From: Candidatus Hermodarchaeota archaeon
GTDB lineage: Archaea; Asgardarchaeota; Lokiarchaeia; Sigyniarchaeales; SOKP01
DNA: 12,643 nt
Reading direction: 5' to 3'
Assembly (NCBI GenBank): GCA_048885525.1
Contig: JBHLLP010000067.1
Coordinates: forward strand, 1-12,643
The notes under the pieces were generated by a model that saw nothing but the letters and a program-made list of their open reading frames with translations, had not been told where the DNA came from and ran no database searches. Position numbers and translations under genes: made by a program. Shown piece after piece: positions 1 to 6,748 of the stretch (the first letter of the stretch is position 1; each line of letters starts with the position of its first letter).

Positions 1-162
1 ATTTTGAAATTTCCATTTAAGTATTAATTGTTCTGGAGTGATTTCTAGATTTTTTTCAATAGATTCTTTTTCTCCATCAACAGAGTCATTATCAGATGAT
101 GTTTGCGTAATTTTTATGTCAACACTGTTCTTTGTGTATTTGTATACAATTTTTAATTGTTT
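1..162 (-). other. Possible 5' part of a CDS running off the left edge (open frame without a canonical start)
   Basis: The minus frame is open for 54 codons from just after TAA (163-165) to the window edge: KQLKIVYKYTKNSVDIKITQTSSDNDSVDGEKESIEKNLEITPEQLILKWKFQN. There is no in-frame ATG/GTG/TTG. Confidence 0.3.
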
Positions 163-180
163 TTATATTTTATACTGAAT

Positions 181-681
181 TTAAGCGAAATAATCATAAC
201 TCTCTTGATCAAAATTATATATATATTCAATTTTCATACCATCAGGTTTTAGTTCAGGGGGAGCATAGATTAATCGTAAATTTGGAAAATAGGACCCAAT
301 ACCATTTTTTGCTAGAATTATAGCGGGGTGGCTACTTTCCTTGAAAATTTTCTCACTAATTCTAAGTGTGATAGTTCTACATTTTTGTTCATCGAGGATG
401 CCTAAAGAATGAATATATTCATGTAAAAGGATGTGATATGTATAAGCCCACACAATTTCATAAGGTTGTTCTTTTAAAATGATTTTAAGCGGTGTTTTAT
501 TCATTACAATATCTGTTCCTGGAGGAAAATGCATTCCACCAATAAAACCTCCTCTATACATGCCCATTTCCACAAGTCCAAGACTTAAGCCAGCCCTGTG
601 ACGTCCATAAACTTCTTTTACATCATTCTTAACCTGCTTAAATATTCTTGGTATTTGTTCTTTTAAATCTTGTAGATTCAT
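181..681 (-). CDS. Small putative zinc metallopeptidase (zincin, HExxHxxGxxD), conserved-hypothetical type
   Basis: 166-aa ORF. The motif HILLHEYIHSLGILD gives HExxHxxGxxD at 391-423. No obvious signal peptide or TM segment. Confidence 0.75.
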   Translation of the reverse strand: MNLQDLKEQIPRIFKQVKNDVKEVYGRHRAGLSLGLVEMGMYRGGFIGGMHFPPGTDIVMNKTPLKIILKEQPYEIVWAYTYHILLHEYIHSLGILDEQKCRTITLRISEKIFKESSHPAIILAKNGIGSYFPNLRLIYAPPELKPDGMKIEYIYNFDQESYDYFA

Positions 682-686
682 GATTT

Positions 687-717
687 AGTTATTAAAATAT
701 GAGAAGTTATTAAAAAA
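687..717 (-). promoter_or_regulatory. 11-bp direct repeat (AGTTATTAAAA x2); possible TATA box of a leaderless peptidase transcript and/or oligo-T terminator
   Basis: Copies at 687-697 and 705-715. The minus strand reads TTTTTTAATAACT about 25-35 nt upstream of the ATG at 681, and that ATG has no SD. Confidence 0.3.
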
Positions 718-725
718 TGATTTTA

Positions 726-1511
726 TTAAATATCAAAAAACCAATCATCCTCATCTTCTCGAAAGACATCCATTAAATTAGATAAATCTCTGAGTAGATG
801 CCTAATAGAGACTTTATGTTGATCTCTTCTTATTGGCCCCATTTCTGAGAAGAACATGTCATCAAGTAAATTATCAATGTTAATTCTATTGAAATATTTT
901 ATCGGATTGTAAAAAAGTGTATAGAAAATCTCTTTCTCTAAATTTGGTTGTTCTTTTGTCTTAAGGGAATCTTCATATTGGTTTCTGATTATATTTTTTA
1001 ATTCGATAATAAAACATTCTTTATTTCGTAATAGTTCGTTTCTTTGCTTTTCCAGGTTACCTATATGTTGTTCAATTTCCTTAATTTTTTCCCCTAAAAA
1101 TCTAAGCTTTTTATCGGGACTCCTAATTTTTTGATAATCTACGTGATACCCAGTTTCCTTAAGTTCTAAATTATGTCGATTGCTATCAATTTTAGCTACA
1201 TTATAATTTATATTAAAATAATCTGGAGTAATATCAATTCTTAAAGATAGATTACTATTAATGCGATATTTAATATTTCTTGGATCTTCACCAAAACTTT
1301 CAATTATACCATAATCAGTAAGCATTTTAAGCTGGCTGTGAATTGCTTGTCTTGAAATCCTTCTCCCAAATGATGCTGCTAATTCCGAAGCTCCTAGAGG
1401 AACCTTTGCCAACTTTGATAAAATAAGTCTTCTTGTAGAATTTCCTAATATTTCAAGTAAGTGATCAATATTAAGAAAAACATTTCCTCCGTCTTGTCCC
1501 TCTAATTCCAT
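726..1511 (-). CDS. ArsR-type winged-helix transcriptional regulator, Phr/HSR1 (COG1777-like) heat-shock repressor family
   Basis: N-terminal wHTH (LGNSTRRLILSKLAKVP..ASELA..ISRQAIHSQLKMLTDYGIIES), then KYRINSNLSLRIDITPDYF and a coiled coil (LGEKIKEIEQHIGNLEKQRNELL), as in the Phr/HSR1 family. It is adjacent to cdc48 and hsp20. The start is revised from GTG 1520 to ATG 1511 because GGAGTGA (which contains that GTG) is a well-spaced SD for it, giving 261 aa. Confidence 0.8.
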   Translation of the reverse strand: MELEGQDGGNVFLNIDHLLEILGNSTRRLILSKLAKVPLGASELAASFGRRISRQAIHSQLKMLTDYGIIESFGEDPRNIKYRINSNLSLRIDITPDYFNINYNVAKIDSNRHNLELKETGYHVDYQKIRSPDKKLRFLGEKIKEIEQHIGNLEKQRNELLRNKECFIIELKNIIRNQYEDSLKTKEQPNLEKEIFYTLFYNPIKYFNRINIDNLLDDMFFSEMGPIRRDQHKVSIRHLLRDLSNLMDVFREDEDDWFFDI

Positions 1512-1551
1512 TTTATTCACTCCTAATTCTTTTCATTTGTTTTTATTTTTA

Positions 1552-3777
1552 TTATCGATATAATTCTTCTGAAGGTTCTTTAGAATACATTTCATGGGAT
1601 TTTTTAGCTTTATCTGCTGACTTTAATATCTTTTCTATTGATTCATCAAATTCTGCTTTTGAAATTTTTACTACTTTAACTAAATCTGCATTCTTTGTGT
1701 CTATTTTTGTATCAATGATTGCTTTACGAATAGTCAAGAGTGTTGCTTCCTCACAGATTGCTTGAATATCGGCACCAGTATATCCTTCTAAATCTTTTGC
1801 CATTTGATCAATGCTTACATCTTTGGCTAACGGTTTATTCTTAATATGAATTTTAAATATTTCAATACGTACTTCCTTATCTGGCATGGGGATATCAATA
1901 TGCCTTCCAAATCGCCCAGAGCGTAATAAAGCAGGATCAAGCATATCTGGTCGATTTGTAGCCGCAAGCAATATAACATCTTTTAATCCTTCTAATCCAT
2001 CCATCTCTGTTAGTAACTGAGAAACTACTTGTTCTGTTACTTGGGAGCTAGCAAATCTACCTCTCATACCAGCTATTGCATCAATTTCATCAAAGAATAT
2101 AATACATGGAGCTGCTGCTCTTGCTTTTCGAAAAGTTTCTCTTACTGCTTTTTCACTTTCACCAACCCATTTAGAAAGGAACTCTGGTCCTTTTACTGAA
2201 ATAAAATTAACTTCACTTTCATGAGCTAGTGCTTTTGCTAAAAGTGTTTTTCCAGTTCCAGGAGGTCCAAATAGTAATATTCCATTTGGTGGTTTTGAGT
2301 GTAAATGTCTATATAATTCAGGATATTTCAATGGCCATTCAATTATTTCCTTTAATTGCTGTTTTGCTTCTTCTAAGCCCCCTATATCATCCCATGTTTC
2401 AGTAGGTTGACTAATTAATACCTCCCTTAATGCAGAGGGTTCAATACTATTTAGGGCTGTTTCAAAATTTTTCATTTTAATTTGAAGATCAATTAGAACT
2501 TCTGGAGGGATTGGTTTATCTAAATCAATTTTTGGCAATAATTCTCTTATAGCAAGCATGGCTGCTTCTTTCGCTAATGCTTCTACATCAGCACCAACAA
2601 ACCCATGAGTTTTTTCTGCCATAAGACGAAGATCGACGTCACCATATAAAGGCATTCCACGTGTATGGATTAATAATATTTCATATCTGCCATCTGTATC
2701 TGGAACACCAATCTCAATTTCTCGGTCAAATCTTCCAGGACGTCGGAGTGCAGGATCTATATCATTCACTCTATTTGTCGCACCTATAACAATGATTTCA
2801 CCTCTTCCTTCTAAACCATCTAATAATGAAAGTAATTGAGCAACTACTCTTCTTTCAACTTCACCAGTGACTTCACCCCTTTTAGGAGCTATTGAATCTA
2901 ATTCATCAATAAATATTATCGAAGGTGCCATTTCTTTGGCTTCTTCAAAGACTTTACGAAGATTTTCTTCACTCTGTCCGTAGAACTTACTCATAATTTC
3001 TGGTCCGCTGATAGTGATAAAATGTGCCTCAGTTTCATAAGCAACAGCTCTTGCAAGTAAAGTCTTACCCGTACCAGGTGGACCATGTAATAAAACTCCC
3101 TTAGGTGGGTCAATTCCTATTCTCTTAAAAAGTTCAGGATGTCTTATTGGTAATTCGATCATTTCCCGGATTTTCTGGATCTCTTCCTCTAACCCACCAA
3201 TATCTTCATAAGTGACTCTCCTTGCCTCCAATTCTTCAAGTTCTTTATGAGTTTTTTCTGATATTGTAATTCTGGTATCTAAATGAATCCTCACAGCCGC
3301 TGCCTTAGGATAGAAATCTATAACAATAAAATCAATCCTTCGACCCATTGCATTAAAACTGAGAATATCTCCCTTGGTAATAACACGATTTTCTAACATT
3401 CTAACCAATTGATCAGATCTCCTAAGAATAACTGACTCTTCTAACCCAGCAAATGTAATCTTATCAGCTAAACTAGCTTCTATTTTTCGAATTTCTACAA
3501 TATCATCCAAAGAAGCACCAAGATTCCTCCTTAACGAAGAATCTATTCTGATTATATTTGTACCCGTATCTTCTATTTTCCCTGGATATAATAGCGCAGC
3601 AGTTTTCTTATCTTCTACATTATGAGAGATCTCAATTACATCACCAGTTCTAAGGTTTAGATTTTCAATTACTTCCGGATCTATTCTTATTCTTCCTCTC
3701 CCAGCATCTCCTTTATAGGCGTCTTTTATCCTTACTTTCGTTCCTTCTCCTTTAAACTCCCTAGTTATCCCACTCAT
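1552..3777 (-). CDS. cdc48: CDC48/VCP/VAT-family AAA+ ATPase
   Basis: 741 aa with a double-psi-barrel N-domain ([10 protein letters not shown]). Two AAA modules with Walker A GPPGTGKT (x2), Walker B IIFIDELD / IIFFDEID, pore loops KFYG / KWVG and [13 protein letters not shown] / [11 protein letters not shown]-terminus EELYR. SD GGAGTGA upstream. Confidence 0.97.
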   Translation of the reverse strand: MSGITREFKGEGTKVRIKDAYKGDAGRGRIRIDPEVIENLNLRTGDVIEISHNVEDKKTAALLYPGKIEDTGTNIIRIDSSLRRNLGASLDDIVEIRKIEASLADKITFAGLEESVILRRSDQLVRMLENRVITKGDILSFNAMGRRIDFIVIDFYPKAAAVRIHLDTRITISEKTHKELEELEARRVTYEDIGGLEEEIQKIREMIELPIRHPELFKRIGIDPPKGVLLHGPPGTGKTLLARAVAYETEAHFITISGPEIMSKFYGQSEENLRKVFEEAKEMAPSIIFIDELDSIAPKRGEVTGEVERRVVAQLLSLLDGLEGRGEIIVIGATNRVNDIDPALRRPGRFDREIEIGVPDTDGRYEILLIHTRGMPLYGDVDLRLMAEKTHGFVGADVEALAKEAAMLAIRELLPKIDLDKPIPPEVLIDLQIKMKNFETALNSIEPSALREVLISQPTETWDDIGGLEEAKQQLKEIIEWPLKYPELYRHLHSKPPNGILLFGPPGTGKTLLAKALAHESEVNFISVKGPEFLSKWVGESEKAVRETFRKARAAAPCIIFFDEIDAIAGMRGRFASSQVTEQVVSQLLTEMDGLEGLKDVILLAATNRPDMLDPALLRSGRFGRHIDIPMPDKEVRIEIFKIHIKNKPLAKDVSIDQMAKDLEGYTGADIQAICEEATLLTIRKAIIDTKIDTKNADLVKVVKISKAEFDESIEKILKSADKAKKSHEMYSKEPSEELYR

Positions 3778-3841
3778 TTTTCAATCACTCCATATTCATT
3801 TTTGGTTAAAGATTATTTAATATTTTTTAATTTAATAACAA

Positions 3842-4453
3842 TTATTTATCTGATTTCATTACTCTTATAATTGCTAATCCATTTTTTACTTGTAGATCAC
3901 ATTTTCTAGTTGAAGCCGTGAAAGGCAAAAAGATATTTTTTATATATCTTCGACTTTGATTCTCAGCTTTAAAGATTAAATTCCTTCCTTCTTCATCAAA
4001 ATCGATGATAACATCATCTTCACTCATTCCAGGAATTTCAAAAACAATTTCAGTATGATCATTGTAATCATTTACTTCTGTAGGAGGCTCTAATATGAAA
4101 AGATCAGCATTGAGCTCACTTGTTTCTAAAGACAGCTTCCCAGCATCAATTTCCTCAATACTGCTTGATTCAAGGAGCTTTTTAAGGGTAGGATGTTGCG
4201 ATATATCAATACCCTCGAAATATTCTTGAATTTTCTCCTCATCGATATTTCCTTCAATTCGAATCTCAGGCTTTTCCATACCTGATTCAAAATGATATGA
4301 TATCTTAAATGCTTTTATTTTCTTACCTTCAGGCTTTAATCCTAATCTTCTTTCTGATTCTGGAATAAATAAAAAATCTACATCAAATTTATTTGAACCT
4401 AATTTAAAATATTTCCTAATTTCATCAATAATATCATCAAAATCATCTGGCAT
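3842..4453 (-). CDS. hsp20: Divergent archaeal small heat-shock protein (Hsp20/alpha-crystallin domain)
   Basis: MPDDFDDIIDEI N-terminus, KPEIRIEGN, EPPTEVNDYNDHTEIVFEIPGMSEDDV (equivalent to EPLVDV..ELPGV.KEDI) and KNGLAII (equivalent to NGVLEI). The start is revised from 4483 to ATG 4453, which is preceded by SD AAGGTGA, giving 203 aa. Confidence 0.82.
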   Translation of the reverse strand: MPDDFDDIIDEIRKYFKLGSNKFDVDFLFIPESERRLGLKPEGKKIKAFKISYHFESGMEKPEIRIEGNIDEEKIQEYFEGIDISQHPTLKKLLESSSIEEIDAGKLSLETSELNADLFILEPPTEVNDYNDHTEIVFEIPGMSEDDVIIDFDEEGRNLIFKAENQSRRYIKNIFLPFTASTRKCDLQVKNGLAIIRVMKSDK

Positions 4454-4475
4454 GTGATTCACCTTAGTAAATAAC

Positions 4476-4498
4476 TTTGTCAATCTACAATTTACAAA
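4476..4498. promoter_or_regulatory. Candidate heat-shock repressor operator TTTGTCAAT-N5-ATTTACAAA
   Basis: Inverted repeat with 8/9 matching arms and a 5-nt spacer, lying between the TATA box and SD of hsp20. Extra half-sites GTAAAT at 4467-4472 and ATTGAC at 4504-4509. Confidence 0.65.
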
Positions 4499-4509
4499 TG
4501 GGAATTGAC

Positions 4510-4530
4510 TTATAAAAACTTATCGGTTTT
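4510..4530 (-). promoter_or_regulatory. Archaeal BRE + TATA promoter of the hsp20-cdc48-regulator cluster
   Basis: The minus strand reads AAAACCGATAAG TTTTTATAA, a purine-rich BRE directly followed by a TATA box, about 60 nt upstream of the hsp20 ATG. Confidence 0.7.
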
Positions 4531-4639
4531 TTTATATAAGCTGCTTATAAGTGTAAAGACAGCTTTCTTTTATAAAAGCAACCTAATAATTTAATTTCCT
4601 TAACTGATTATATTCTATATGGTTAAATTACGAGGAATT

Positions 4640-6592
4640 TCATTCATAATATTTCTTAATTAAAGAATCAGCTTCTTTTTCACTTAATTCAAATAATTGA
4701 AAGATCAATTGATCCAAGGTATATTGAATGAAAATTTGGTCTTTATTTTCTAATGCTTGGAAAATTTTTGATTTAATTGTCTCATCTTTTATGTAGGAAA
4801 ACTTTTTCAAAAAAGATAGTACATTATTTACATCAGTAATATAAGGTTCGTAATTTGAATTTACTATATTGATTAAATAAGAAGTCAATAATTTTATGAA
4901 TTCAATCAATAAAGTTTCCTTCATTGAGGTAAATTTTTTTAAGTTCGGTATAGGTAAACCATACTCGAGTTTTGTTTTGCTTCTCTTAATGTTGATACTC
5001 TTAGCTTTAAATAGGAACCGTACAAGTTTTGAGTTTAAGTAAGCAAGAATAAATAAATAATCGATATTTTTTCCAGATTTCTTTGGCCAAAGAAAATATG
5101 TATCTGAAGTAGCATAATAGGAGTCTTCAGAATAGCCAAAAACGTTTTCATTCGAAATGAATTTAAAGAAGATTTTTTTGCCCTTATTATAAAAAGGTTC
5201 AAGGTCAATTAATTTTTCATCAGAATTTTTATCAGACTTGCGTATAAAAGAACCCCTTCTTGGAAAATAGTAATCATCTGGATTTTCTTTAGCGTTGATT
5301 AGAATTTTTCGCAAATCTTTCTCATATTTTCGTATATATTCTGTTAGTAAAGGATATCTCTTTTCATACCACCGGTTTCGTTTATTCAAGAGGAGGGATT
5401 TATATTCATTTTTGTTAAAATAAAGGACATATCCAGTATTATTTTCCTGATTATAACCATATTTTTTTATAGATTTGCTCTTATAAATTTTTTTAAGCCT
5501 AGCTTTTTCTTTTTCAGATAGTTTAAGAAATTTTCCATCTAACTTGATATAAAAATTATCACCCTCAATTTTTAATTCCTTGCCTTCATTCAAGATAAAA
5601 ATCGAATCCCTTATGAGAATTAACCCATTACGAATTAAGAAATAATCTTTTAATAGAGAAATTTTACCGTTAATTTTACAGCAATTTTCAATTTTTGCAA
5701 CAACCTTTTTTACTTCTTTAGGATAAATAGGATTCCAACTTTCATCTTTCTTTAAGTCATTATTAGTTAATGCTGATATAAATCTCTTTATATTGCTTAA
5801 ATCAGTACCAATGGTTAGTTCCTTAAAAATTGCCTTATTATATGATTCATTTTTTTTATTTGAATCTTTATTTCCAATTAATTGAATCACTTCAATATTT
5901 TTGTTTATCTTTTGAATTTTTTCTGGTTTAGTCTTTTTCTGTAAAACAAAAATGCAGTTGTGCTGACCTTTAGCTCCCTCAAATAACTTCAAAAATGATA
6001 AATCTATATATTGAAGTAAAAAACACTCTTCCAAGACATGTGGTTTTAATAGCTTTATTCCTGTTTTTTTCGATTTTGTAATCCAGTAGTTGGTTGTAAT
6101 AAATGTTAACATACCCTCAGGATATAATTTTTCTATTCCCAAATGAATGAAGAAGTAAAATAAATCCATATTACCTACAAAATATTTAGCACAAAAAGGA
6201 AATTTCTTCACATATTCTTGAAAAATTTCAGCGTTATAATTTTGCCCCAAATAGGGAGGGTTCCCGATTATTAGATCAAATTTTTCATTTCGATTTGAAC
6301 CTAAAAAATTTGTAAAATTGAAACCTATGTTAGGATACGATTTCAGAAGGATGCCTTTCAAAGTATCATCCATCTCATAAGCAGTTATATCAGTAAAGTT
6401 ATACTTTAAAAGATATTTTAAGAAAATCCCTTCTCCTACAGAAGGTTCTAGGACTCTTAAATTAGAAGGGTTCTTTCTTGATTTTATGAGGAATGAAATT
6501 ATATTCCTAACCATAAATTCTGCAATATAATCTGGAGTAAAGATTTGTCCAATTCTATTATCTTTTTTAGAATTAATGTTTTTTATTACCAT
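4640..6592 (-). CDS. N6-adenine DNA methyltransferase, gamma class (Eco57I/TaqI-like), with C-terminal target-recognition region
   Basis: 650 aa. Motif X GQIFTP, motif I VLEPSVGEGIF, motif IV FDLIIGNPPY, DLFYFF, and a TaqI_C-like FILAYLNSKLVRF. No endonuclease domain precedes motif X. Confidence 0.9.
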   Translation of the reverse strand: MVIKNINSKKDNRIGQIFTPDYIAEFMVRNIISFLIKSRKNPSNLRVLEPSVGEGIFLKYLLKYNFTDITAYEMDDTLKGILLKSYPNIGFNFTNFLGSNRNEKFDLIIGNPPYLGQNYNAEIFQEYVKKFPFCAKYFVGNMDLFYFFIHLGIEKLYPEGMLTFITTNYWITKSKKTGIKLLKPHVLEECFLLQYIDLSFLKLFEGAKGQHNCIFVLQKKTKPEKIQKINKNIEVIQLIGNKDSNKKNESYNKAIFKELTIGTDLSNIKRFISALTNNDLKKDESWNPIYPKEVKKVVAKIENCCKINGKISLLKDYFLIRNGLILIRDSIFILNEGKELKIEGDNFYIKLDGKFLKLSEKEKARLKKIYKSKSIKKYGYNQENNTGYVLYFNKNEYKSLLLNKRNRWYEKRYPLLTEYIRKYEKDLRKILINAKENPDDYYFPRRGSFIRKSDKNSDEKLIDLEPFYNKGKKIFFKFISNENVFGYSEDSYYATSDTYFLWPKKSGKNIDYLFILAYLNSKLVRFLFKAKSINIKRSKTKLEYGLPIPNLKKFTSMKETLLIEFIKLLTSYLINIVNSNYEPYITDVNNVLSFLKKFSYIKDETIKSKIFQALENKDQIFIQYTLDQLIFQLFELSEKEADSLIKKYYE

Positions 6593-6670
6593 CTAATCTT
6601 CATATTGGATTATGAGTCTAAATAGTTGATGGTTGTTCCTAACAAAATTTTCAATGTTAGAAAAATTATC

Positions 6671-6690
6671 ATTTATATAAATACGGTGGG
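6671..6690 (-). promoter_or_regulatory. Putative TATA box for the methyltransferase gene
   Basis: The minus strand reads CCCACCGTA TTTATATAAAT about 80 nt upstream of ATG 6592. Confidence 0.4.
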
Positions 6691-6703
6691 TTCAGTAAAA
6701 ATT

Positions 6704-6713
6704 AAAAAAAAAA
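6704..6713 (-). terminator. Oligo-T terminator (T10)
   Basis: A10 on the + strand, 35 nt past the oxidoreductase stop codon. Confidence 0.55.
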
Positions 6714-6748
6714 GCATATAAATTTGCAAAACAGTAAATAAAGTAAGT

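Noticed and set aside
132-323. 63-aa + strand ORF
   Set aside because: Antisense shadow of the peptidase gene, with a TTG start and no motif.
4454-4483. ORF-track N-terminal extension of Hsp20 (TTG start at 4483)
   Set aside because: It overlaps the operator and predicted start site, whereas ATG 4453 has a proper AGGTGA SD.
4535-4578. Palindromes TATAAG-CTG-CTTATA and CTTTTATAAAAG upstream of the hsp20 BRE
   Set aside because: Almost purely A/T and expected in TATA-rich intergenic DNA; no independent support.
4628-4642. TGA stop of the methyltransferase as possible selenocysteine
   Set aside because: Only three codons follow before TAA, there is no redox context, and no SECIS-like hairpin was seen.
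4640-4651. HbYX-like end (YYE) on the methyltransferase
   Set aside because: No functional rationale. It shows such tripeptides arise by chance, which also tempers the peptidase-tail idea.
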